Shown here: piece after piece, positions 11,930 to 22,690 of the stretch
How positions within the stretch are numbered: the stretch's first letter is position 1
Layout: the number at the start of each line of letters is the position of its first letter
Origin: Lama glama
Lineage: Eukaryota
Length of the DNA: 64,000 nucleotides
Assembly (NCBI GenBank): GCA_028534125.1
Contig: CM052847.1
Coordinates: forward strand, 19,344,001 to 19,408,000
Reading direction: 5' to 3'
Program-made: the position numbers and the translations under genes
The notes under the pieces: model-generated
Seen by the model: only the letters and a program-made list of their open reading frames with translations
The model's database searches: none
What the model was told of the DNA's origin: nothing

Positions 11930-12140
11930 ACTTGCATAGCACCTCACAGACGTGGCCCAACGGCGTGATCCAATCTGACCTTTACAACTCTAGAATGTAG
12001 GTGTGGAAGGTATTATCAGCCACATGTACTGAGGGCTCCGGAAGGTTAAGTGGTTTGGCCAGAGTTACAAAGGTAGTAAGTAAATGATCAAAATTCCGGT
12101 CTCCTGACACCACATGTACCCTCTGTCCTACCATACTACT
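11930..12140 (-). mobile_element. MIR SINE
   Basis: actgagggctccggaaggttaagtggtttggccagagttacaaaggtagtaagt, reverse MIR core. Confidence 0.65.
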
Positions 12141-12273
12141 CCGGGACTGCCACACATCCTGAGTCCTCTTTCTTCTGGTAACGCTGATGTCTCACATGGA
12201 GCTACTCAGTTTCGCTGTCAATGTCTTTTGTGATGAATGACATGGATTTGTGAGATGGCTAGGGCTGATTGTA

Positions 12274-12281
12274 AGATAGAC

Positions 12282-12328
<47 letters not shown>

Positions 12329-12333
12329 CAGAC
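12274..12333. repeat. (GATA)n microsatellite
   Basis: Tetramer array flanked by GACA variants. Confidence 0.95.
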
Positions 12334-13347
12334 ACACATATTTTTTTTCCCTCTATGGAAAACTATTTTATATGGAAATTTAGATTAACATTGGCCTCCC
12401 CTCCATTCAACTAAACTGGCTGAGTTTTTGATGCTGACTTAAACAGCTTGGCAGGGCAAAAGAATCAAGACATGGGCTGTTTATGACCTACTATTAAAAA
12501 AAGTTAAATGATACTAAGTGTGAAAATTTAAGCAAACAAAAATGGAGAGATATAAGTCACATTAAAAATTTACTGTTGTAAATATCTGTTGATATTTAGT
12601 AAAAATTATTGAATGAATGAATGATTCAGAACCTGTTATCTCAGCTCTGATCTCAGAGTCTGACCTGTGATTAGGGTCTTTGAGAGTGAAGATGGGAGCT
12701 ATCATTTACACTAGGTAACAGGTGTAAACTGGATTGTCCCAGGCAAACCACGACATATGGTAACTCTCCCTAAACATTCTTAAATACTTTCATTTCATTC
12801 TTAAAGAAGTTAAATCTGATTTAACATATAGACAGAATGCAAGCAAGTGTCGAAAAAGATGAATAAGGATGCTAATAATGTAGACACAGAAAGAAGAATT
12901 TCTAAATAAGAATTTCTTACCAGACTTTTAAGTTAACTTTATCGGAATGCCTACCAAAATAAAAACACGGGGACATTCCCTACAATCATGAAATAATTTC
13001 TCACATGTCCGTCCCAGAAACAATAAACTAGATGACAAATAGGACAACTACTTAGACAGTATGACTAACGCCACGAAGCCAAAATCTGGGGACAACGTGA
13101 GCTCGTAAGGGTTAAAATAAAAGAACGGTCCTTAGAGTGATGCTGAGAATTGGGGTGTGCAGAAGAGCATTTACAGTGGATTACTAAGCTTCCCAATTCA
13201 CCAAAGAGGCAAAGTCCAGTAATGCAAGCCTCCTTTGTAGCTAACTAAAAATACATTGTCAGTGGATTTGTCCAGTTTTATGTATAAGCAATACTTTTTT
13301 CACCTGAACTAATGCTAGTAGTCATATAAGCCCCTTATTGCCACGTG

Positions 13348-13639
13348 NNNNNNNNNNNNNNNNNNNNNNNNNNNNNNNNNNNNNNNNNNNNNNNNNNNNN
13401 NNNNNNNNNNNNNNNNNNNNNNNNNNNNNNNNNNNNNNNNNNNNNNNNNNNNNNNNNNNNNNNNNNNNNNNNNNNNNNNNNNNNNNNNNNNNNNNNNNNN
13501 NNNNNNNNNNNNNNNNNNNNNNNNNNNNNNNNNNNNNNNNNNNNNNNNNNNNNNNNNNNNNNNNNNNNNNNNNNNNNNNNNNNNNNNNNNNNNNNNNNNN
13601 NNNNNNNNNNNNNNNNNNNNNNNNNNNNNNNNNNNNNNN
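13348..13639. other. Assembly gap (N run)
   Basis: Run of N. Confidence 0.99.
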
Positions 13640-15772
13640 CTGCAAAGGTAATGGGCGGCTTTGTCAATATAATCTGGCCAAGTTTTATTTCCTCTCTCTC
13701 TTTTTTTTTTAATGTTAAACTTCTTTCATTAAAAAAAAAAAAACTCTATGTGTGTGCTAGGCAGGGTAGCAGCAACTCAGCCGGTGCTACTGCAGATCCC
13801 CATCGATGCTAGCATCAGAAAAATGTCCAGAAAGAGCATTGGTGAAAAGCTGAATTTAATAACCAAACATTTTAGATGCTGACATATGACAACTGGGAAC
13901 CAACCTGTCATCTTTCTTAACATTTAAGGTCTTTACATGATTTCCATTCAGAAACACAATGTAACCAACATGATAAACTGTTTAAAATATTAAACAGAGA
14001 GAAGACCTACAGTTGTGGTCCGCATAACGAGTGGGACCCCCATGAGGACAATGAACCAGGGCTCGGGCTCTCAGCACATGCCCAGTTCATTCATCAGAAG
14101 CCCTGGGGATGGCCTTCGGGAAACTTCCATAAATTCAAACGTACTCATTTAAACACTAAGCTACTGGCTTCCTCTTGGAACAGACAGTTATGAGAATCAA
14201 AAAGGGAAGATCTCCCCCTTCTTCCTGGGTTATTTTATTTACTAAAAACTCTCCATTTCACTAGTTAATCATGACAGCTGGTGAGAAACGGCTGGAAACC
14301 AGACAACACTACTGTAAACAGAAAGACGACAGAAATCTTTTGTCAAAGCACCAGCCAGTAAGACCACTTCTCATTCTCTAAAAAACAAACTGTTTAAGTT
14401 CAATAAAAGACTATTTGGGGCAAATGCCAAGGGGTTTGGGACTGGAGAAGCATGAGACATTTCAATTGTCCTGATGCCTGAAATCCTTCAAGCTTCAAGG
14501 ACCACCACGGCCTATCCCTTACAATCCAGCAGCTGAACAGGTGCTGTCTGGTCTCTTCAGGGACTGAAGTTTCCTAAAATCACGATGTCCCCTCACCGTA
14601 GACTGTGAAACCTTCTCATCCCCTGGTCAGCTCCCATCGTGGGCCTGAGAAGCCCGTGAATGAAGAAAGGGCAATAAAGGACACGGGCTTCAATCAGACA
14701 GGCCTGGGTTGTGTCACAGCTTGTCTGTGAGTTACTCAAGCTCTCTGTGCGCTCTTCTCAACTGTGACAAAGGAGCAGCAGCCCCTGGACCCATGGTGCC
14801 CTCGGCCAGGCCGGCAAGGACCGCGTGTGCGTGCTCAGTCAGCCTGACACCCTTCCCTCTCCGGCTGGTTCACGCAGTAGCCAGTGTTACCGCAAATAAA
14901 ACCACCCACCAGTCCACAGGAGAAGACCTGGGGGGCCCCACTGCAGGAGGAATGAGCTTTCTGTGAACAGAGCTCAGTTATCCGTGGGTTGATTATCAGC
15001 GTTCTTGGTTATTGTAAGGAAACGCTGACTGTCACAGCCATCTATGAAATGACACTCAGTGTTTCCTGAGAAGGCAGAAGAGAACTTTTAAGTTCAAACA
15101 TTCTTAGAACAGCTATGAAACTACCGTTTTTAAACAGAGATGAACCATACTTTCTAAGGATGCAGTCTCCTCCTGGTAGTGAACGGGAGGAAGAGACAGT
15201 GAACGAGGCCGCAGGTGAGGCCCGGGGAGGCTGGTGGACAACGAAAGACCGGCAGAGCTGGGGCTCAAACCAGGTGGTCTGGCTGCTGAAGCCCAGGCTC
15301 CGTGTGGCCCTCTCCCGGGCCTTTCTATCTGGTTGGTGGTGTCATCATTTGGGGGTGACACTCTGCTGTGCCTTCTCGTACTCAAGAGCACAAAGACGTA
15401 TTTCCAAGTCTGACGGATGGATTTGGGCTTTTCTTCTATATAAGGTCATATGAACCTTCAGTTCCACTAACATTTGAGACATTTTCTTATTTATTTTTAA
15501 ACTGAAAATACCAAGAGTAAATTTCAATTAAAGCAGTCCTATAACATTCATTCTAGTCTCAAAACTTTAAACAGGTGGAAGATCAGACGCCTAACCCTGA
15601 CTAATGCACATTTCTGCCCATAAAGGGGAACTAAAAGGCCGTGTAAATCACCCTAATTTGGATTATTACCACCGCTAGAAAAATGATTTTTCCTTCTGAT
15701 GTTGCATCACTGAGCCAGGTGCCCTGCATAAATCATTTCACTTAATCTATTTTTAATTTAAATGTTGGAAAG

Positions 15773-16005
15773 GGTAGTGGTTAAGAACATACAGGAGCTG
15801 ATGGCCTTAGCTGAAACTGCAGCTCCTAGGAGTCAATCACTTATTAGGGGTGTGACCTTGGACAAATTTGTTAATCTCACTAAGCCTTAGTTTCTTATCT
15901 TAAAGTGGCAATAAATTACAGTATCTACCCAACAGCACTGTGAGAAGGAACTAAACTTATACATAGTGGTTAGCATCTAGCCAATACTCAATAAATGACT
16001 ACTGT
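15773..16005 (+). mobile_element. MIR SINE
   Basis: gtagtggttaagaac...tgtgaccttggacaaatttgttaatctcactaagccttagtttcttatct MIR core. Confidence 0.8.
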
Positions 16006-18589
16006 TTGTGGTTTTTAAAAAAGTCTTATCATCTCCTACTTTAAAGATGAAGGATCTAAGGATCAAGAAAACACCCTCCTCTGATCTGCCTGCTTCCAGA
16101 GCCCAAGCCTCTGTCCACCCACCAGGCAGATTCCCATTTAATTAGTGGTATCTTTGTTGGTTCTTGTATTGGTAAATATGGGTATTCCTGGTAAAAACTT
16201 TACAGGTAGGGAAAAGAAGTGTGGAAAGTTGGGTTTTTTCCCCATTAAAAACCAATGCCCTTGCCTGCTGATCGGGGTCAGTGAGCCATGGGAGTTGCTC
16301 CTGTGGGTCAGTCAGGAGGAGCCGGAGGGAGGAAGCAGTGGGCCCTGCTCTTCCAACTGCAGGCGCTTCCCTGGGGCCGCTTAGGCAGGCCTTGTTTTGG
16401 TTTGCACTCAACCATCTTACTTCCGTGGAAATGTACGGCAGTCTCAGAGCCCGTGCAGCCCAGCTGCAGGAGCACTTCATTCACACATCTGGCTCTGTGC
16501 TTAGGGAGACTAACTGGGGCTGGAAGGAGGAGTCGCCGCTGTTTGAGTTAATATCTCAATTTCTACTCCATGTCAGTGGCGTGCCAGAGGTTACACTACA
16601 TTCATCCTTTACGAGCTGCATAAAGGGCTCAGATTGAAAAGGATGCCAAGGAAGCAGAAATAACCTTTACACACTGTCGCCACAGCTGACTCAGCCTGGC
16701 ACACACAGGTCAGTCACCAGGGTCCAATGAGGTAGCAAACGCTACGTAGGTTTCTATGGTTTATGGGTTGATTCACACCGGAATCATAACCCGTCATCCT
16801 TCTTTACTGAGCACTTACTTACACGCCAGCAACAGTCCTACGCAGGTCTCAGGTGTGATCTCATTTAATTCTCACATAAGCCACCTGCCCATGTTCGCAG
16901 GGCTGAAAAAGTCAGGACAGGTTCAACACAGGCTTAACTCTAGAGACAACACTGTCTGTCATTTGTAAAGTCCTGATGGCTGACTTGTATACGTTTTTAT
17001 CCTTTGTCATTAATCTGATCCATAACCATCGAAACGGATACAAGGCCTGGTTCTTCCGTTAGGTGAAATCCGTGTGACTTACAACCAAGCCTTTGCCTCT
17101 GACTGAGACAGTCGGAGGGGCCCGTCTTTCCCAAAGTCAGGGAGACCCTGAGGAAAGGCACGGACAGCTGTTACCATCTAACCTGACGGGCTTTACTCAA
17201 CATTCGTCATGGCCACTGAAACAACTCCACTGACTTTCCAAAGGTGAGATGGTGATGAAGGTAGCAGAGCTCTGTCTGACTGGCTGAGGGCTCAGCTGCC
17301 GAGTTACCAGGTACCTGACGGATAAGAGGCTGACAGCTGCCAGGCAAGACTGCTAGCAAGAAACCCTTCAGAACAGGAAGTCAGTCCGTGTGTAAATGAC
17401 CCGGCTCCTGCGGGCTGTGGGACCCTGATCTTGGACAAGTCACTCAGGCTGTTTCTCCTCTGTAATGCTGATAACAGCACTGTTGGACCCACGTCACGGG
17501 TGTGTCAGGAGGAGAAACTAGGGGATGTGGAAGCTGTTTAAAATCTTCCAGGTACTATGGAAAAATAACGTATTGATAAAATGACTTCAAAAGGGAAAAA
17601 AGAGTGTAATTTCTGTGTCTTGTTAACTTGTGACGTTCAGTTATTCGTAGGAGGATTCCCACTTGACTTCCTTCTATTTTAGAAGAATAGCCAAGGGGGA
17701 CGAAGAATAAGGTTAGGCAGAGAAATGTGAGACTGGCTGGCCATCTCTGCTTGTCGCCAGACTAATTTTTCCAGTTAAGCCTGAAATTAAAAACACTGCA
17801 GAAGTACCGATATGAGAGCTGCTGCAGGTCAAACATGGCACATTTTATTATGTGGAATGTGCATTGGGTATTAGCCTGGAGCCAGCCTCTGAGAGGGGGC
17901 TTCCCGAGGGCAGGAGAGGATCTGAAGGTCTGTATGCAAGGCACCATGAACACTTAGATGCTTTTTAAGAAAGTTTAAAAGGAATTTTCAAATCAACCAG
18001 CCAACCACTGTATCCAAAGAACTGGGGATGGAGGGCAAAGCTGTAAAAGCTGAGGTCACACCCAAAGGACCGAGGTCCTGGTTTCTAGAAAACCGCAGGC
18101 TGTACATTCGCTTCTCCGGCTAGGTTTGACAGAAGCCTGATTTACTTATGAGGTAAAATACCTGGAATTATTTTCTACCCACCCACCAGGCTGCCAGATC
18201 TGCCGGATACTCAGAAACATGTCCTAATCTTATTAAAGCAGAAAACAGAAGGATGAGAGATGCCACAGAAAGTGGCAGACAGGCATAACCATAAATACGT
18301 GCAAAAATGGCTCCCTGAAAAGAAAGCTGAGGCGGCGAGGAGCCCGGGGGCCCGGCGGTCCTTAGAACAGCGCCTTGGTTCTGCACGCCCTCAGAAAAAA
18401 GGATGCGTCTTTGCTGGGTATCTAACATCTGGGTGAAAAACAGTCTGCAGGAGACTTGATAATTACAAAAGTATTATTCACAGTGGAAGACTACAGATCT
18501 CTTAAAACTGCCAGAGATGAGTGTGGCTAATGGAGAGGCGACAGTCTGACTCCATCAGGCTACGAATTTTTAACGTTTCCCAGTGTACG

Positions 18590-19950
18590 GGGGCGGAGGA
18601 CGAGTTTACGGGTTAGGGTTAACCTTAAATTGGGCCAGCACCTTACAAACCTGCTTGCGGTTACGCTGCGGGCGACTGACGTGGGAAACAGCCAGCCGGC
18701 CACGGGCTACGACCCCGCGCCTCAACAGGACTCGGGGCCGCCCGGCCCCCGAGGGCAAAGCGCTTACTTTTTCGTGCTTGTGTTTCTCCTTCTCCTTCTC
18801 CCTCTTCTCCCGCTCTCGCTTCTCCTTCTCCCGCTCCTTCTCTTTCTTCTCCTTCTCCTTCTCCCTCTCCTTCTTCTTCTTCTTCTCCTTTTTGTCCTTT
18901 TTCCGCTCCTTCTCCTTGGGCCGCTCCTTCTCTTCGAACAGCTTCTCGGGCAGCACGGGCGCCAGCGCGGGCAGCGCGGCGGGGCCGCGCGCGGCGGCCG
19001 CGGGGCTGAGCAGCGGCAGCGGCAGCGCCGCGTCCTTGGCGGGCAGGGCCAGCGCGCCGGGCGCGGCCCTGGCCTTCTCCTCCCGGCCCTTCTCCTTGGC
19101 GCGCTCTCGGTCCCGCCGCTCCTTGTCCTTCTTGCCCCTCTCTCGCTCCTTCTTCTTGTCCTTGTGCTTCTCCCTCTCCTTCCTCGCAAGGCCGTCTTTC
19201 AACCTCACTTTGGGGTCAGCGTCTTCAAAGTCTCTGATCTTAAACTTGTAGGGGTCGGACTCCTCGTCTTTGAGAAGCTCCTTCCAGGGGTACCTGGCTT
19301 CCTTGCCGGCCTCCCTCTCTCGCTCCCTCTCCTTCCCTCGCTCCTTCTCCCGGCCCTTCTCCTTGCTTCTGTCCCTGTCCCGCTCCTTGTCGCGCTGCTT
19401 CTCCTTCTTTTTCAGCTTCGTCCTCAGCTCCTTCTTCAGCTTCTTTCTGACGTCGGCGGAGGACGGCGGCCTGGGCTTCTCCTCGTAGGCCCTGTGCGCG
19501 GGCTCGGGGGTGGGCGGCGAGGCGGAGGGCGAGGACAGGTAGGGGAAGCCGGGGGGCGCGCTCGGGGGCGCCGCCAGCTTGGCTTTGCGCACCACCTCGT
19601 CGATGGAGGCGTCCATCGTCCAGGAGTGGTCGGAACTGGAGGTCCCGCCGGCAGGAGGAAGCGGCGTGGCCCCCGCTTTGGAGAAACTGTTCGAGGCGGC
19701 GGCGGCCTTGGGCGCGGCGCACTCCGAGCCCGAGATCCTCTTCGGGCTGGTAAAAATGTCTCCCTCGGATTCCGACCCAGAAGAAAACTCGAAGGGGTCC
19801 GGCTCCCGCTCGGCACAGGCGCGGGCGATCACGGCGTCGATGGAGGCGTCGATGGTTTTATCGGCCACGACAGCCTTTTTTGGGGGGTGCTCGCTGTTCA
19901 GTTTCCCGGCGTCGGGGGGCGCCTGGGCTTGTTTTACCTGAAGGGTCTCT
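18590..19950. promoter_or_regulatory. Intragenic CpG-island-like region over the 3' part of exon 3 and the start of intron 3
   Basis: Very high GC and CpG density that extends about 180 nt into the intron, so it is not only codon-driven. Confidence 0.7.
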
Positions 19951-20602
19951 TTACTGCTTTTTTCGCTCAGCGTAGCTGAAGGAGTCCTGTTTGGCGTTTC
20001 AGGTCGGACAGGTGCCTGGGGAATGTGAGTCATGACCTTGGGGCTCTTGGGGCTCTTGGGGCTCTTGGAACGTCCGGGAGATTTCTTTTCTTTGGATACA
20101 GTTTTTGGGGACCGAATAGGACTACCGACCACTGCTGGGGACGCGGCCGTCTTAGGAGATTTCGTCTTCTGTCCCGGAGAACCCGTTTTCGTCTTTGCTT
20201 TAGGTGTAAACGACTTGGCTTCTAAGGGTTTTGCGGTTGGCATCTGTGACTTTGCCACCGGAGCCAACATCGGGGGCTCGGGCGACTGAGGGGCGAGGTC
20301 CGTGCTGTCCTGCACGTGGACGGGAGACAGCATGGGGGGGATCTTCTGGGGATTTATTGAGCTGAGCGGCTCCCGAGCCTCCAGGAGCACGACGTCCAGG
20401 GTCTCCCCTTTCGTGCTGAGCAGGCGTGGCCGCTTCATAGCGGGCATCTCTTCAGCTTCCGGACTGTCCAGCGGCCTCTTACCCAAGAAGTTCTCATCGT
20501 TAATAATTTCCTCCTCCTCCAGTTCATCGTCTTCTTCCAAGGGAACCTGCATGGCCTCTGCGGATGTCCCCCCATCTGTGGGCACCTGCTCTTCCTCTTC
20601 TT
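18768..20602 (-). CDS. TAF3: TAF3 large internal coding exon (human exon 3 equivalent): acidic tract, SPK-rich disordered region, Lys/Glu/Arg charged tracts
   Basis: Translates (E)EEEEQVPTDGGTSAEAMQVPLEEDDELEEEEIINDENFLGKRPLDSPEAEE...EKEKEKHKHEK, recognisable as vertebrate TAF3. Acceptor ttttgtcttcctttaccag| (AG at 20603-20604); donor AAA|gtaagc (GT at 18766-18767). 1835 nt, phase 1 in and phase 0 out. The ORF-track start (GTG at 20585) and the tail after HEK are artefacts of ignoring splicing. Confidence 0.97.
20037..20068 (-). repeat. TAF3: 9-bp coding tandem repeat encoding SKSPKSPKSPK
   Basis: (cttggggct)x3 plus cttgg on the + strand, within exon 3. Confidence 0.9.
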
Positions 20603-21479
20603 CTGGTAAAGGAAGACAAAAGAGGTGTTAATAGAATATCAACAAACGAACAAACAAAACCCGGGAGATAAAATCAATGCTTCAAACATGACTCTAGGAG
20701 AGAAAGGAAATGACTGATGGTTTAGAGAGTAAGGCAGCAGGTTTTCTAGGATCTTCCAAACCTGCATGCTGTCCTTCTCTGAGGGTGGCCGTCAGTGATG
20801 GCAGAGACAGATGGGTTTTGGTTCAAGGGGTGTGGCCTCTTTGCAGGACTTGGGAGTTGGCTAGGTAGCTCCTGTCTGCCCTCAGCTTCGTTAATGGATT
20901 ATTATCCCGACTTGACTAAATACTGTCCTTGTCTCCTCTTCCTCTTGTGTACGTGCATGCGTGCCCACACACCCACACACACAGCCCCCACACACCCACC
21001 CACACCCACACAGCCCATATACACACGCCCCTCTGAAAACCAAGAAATGGGTTATTACACAACTGCTGTCCTCAGAAATGACAGAGAGGCATCCTTTTAT
21101 TTTTATTTATTTTTTAAAGAACTTTTATAAGAAATTTTAACTCTTGGAGTTTGGAAACGGTAAACCTCCAACCTGGACGCAATTCACACACACTTACGTC
21201 TTCTGTTCCGCCTGCCTGAGCTTGGCCACTTTGAGAGGCAGCGTGCTGAGAGGAAACCCACCCGGACTGGGCAGCGGAAAGACGAACTTTCAGCTGGCAC
21301 GTGGGCACCACGGAGCAAGGCCTCAGGCGGCCTCTGAACCTCTCTGAGGCTGTTTTCTGACAAGCTAATGTTACTTGCCTGGCCTACTTGACTGAGTTGC
21401 CGTGGGATCTGATTCTTTCTTTCTCCACATGTTGACTAAGCCCCCACCAGGCATGACGCACAATGATAAAGGCTGGAAG

Positions 21480-22690
21480 AGCTGCTGGAATAAGGCAGAA
21501 ATAAATCATGACCTAAAGGAGCTTACAGTTTGGCAGGAGACACCAGGTGTGTGCACGGCACACAGGGAGTGGTTAGTACCATGAGGCAGAGCCCATGCTG
21601 GAGCGGTCCAAGAGAGACACAGGCTGCCTCGATGGCAGAGCTCTAGGGAAGACCTCACTAATTATGTAGCACTTTTTGTTTTTTTGGATGCAGATGCATT
21701 TATTTCTCTGTAGGATTATTTCCTCATGTTTGAGAAATAAGCCATGCCCTCTGCCACCAATTTCTTAGCCTTTACTCAAAGCTCAGTAATGGGTACCACT
21801 TTGGCTATTTGGAGGCTGGGAACGGTAAAGTCCAGGATGAAGGAACAGATGACGCAGATATGGGGGTGTGCACATAGCAAGCTGTGTAAGAACCGGGCAA
21901 TAATCTGTCTGGAAAGTAGGCTGCAGGGTGGGAAATAGTAGAAAGCAAGTGTAGCAAGCTTACACCCACATACTAGGGGTTCTGGATTCTGGAAAAATGA
22001 ACATGATCTTTATTCTCCTGGTGGTTTGGACCTTGTAAAGATTTTCAGACAAGGGAGAAAAATGACTGGGGTATATGTTAGCAGACTCCTTCTGGCAGGA
22101 ACACATATGATGGATGGGAGGAAATGGATACTAATGGAGAGGTGACAGGTTAGGGGTGATGAAATGATGCAGGTAAGTGACAATAAGGGTCTGAACTAGA
22201 ACAGTGGTACTGAATAAGAGGTAGATGACATTTTGAAGAGAGAATGAAGAGAATCTGATGAATGATTAGGTATAAGAGTGGAGGAAGGATTCAAACAGTT
22301 TTAAGGTTTTGAGCCCTGGGGAGTGGGAAATGCAGTCATTAACATAAAGAGGGAGTAAAGAAATAGAGGAGGAAGATGATTATTAATTAGCTCAACTCCT
22401 GGAAATACACTGAAGGTCAGAAAAGAGGACAGGGTGGGTGGGTGTGTGTATGAGAGAGAGGAGAGAGAGGTCTTTGTTGATATAAAGGAAACCACCATGA
22501 TGGACCGGATCAGCAAGGGAGCAATGGGGGAGTGAGGTGTAGACACCAGCGGCTGCCCACACACAGACAAGAGGAACCGGAGAAACACATGGGGATCAGG
22601 AAATGTCACGAGATCAAGGGAGTGAGAGTTTTACAGGGGGGGACTAGGAATGAAGCCCAATGTTTACAAGGTCAAGGAGAATGAAGGCGC
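21480..22690 (-). mobile_element. LINE-2 relic (fragmented)
   Basis: Purine-rich antisense L2-like sequence (gtgacaataagggtctgaactagaacagtgg, gatgaatgattag, tgtcacgagatcaaggga). Confidence 0.55.

Larger units (their letters stand above)
8928..18767 (-). other. TAF3: TAF3 intron 3 (GT-AG, 9840 nt)
   Basis: Bounded by the donor at 18766-18767 and the acceptor at 8928-8929. Confidence 0.93.

Noticed and set aside
13322-13812. ORFs spanning N runs (also near 1534, 33350, 52895, 56892)
   Set aside because: Artefacts of translating assembly gaps.
18610-18622. gggttagggtta telomere-like motif
   Set aside because: Only two units; expected by chance.
18606-18767. C-terminal tail VSALPSG...NPNP of the 659-aa ORF
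   Set aside because: Read-through past the canonical donor at 18766-18767; the real continuation is exon 4.
18583-19979. Long + strand ORFs (222 aa, 449 aa) and alternative-frame ORFs overlapping exon 3
   Set aside because: Shadow ORFs: high GC and the antisense of Lys/Glu codons suppress stop codons. Products are low-complexity F/S/L strings with no recognisable domain.
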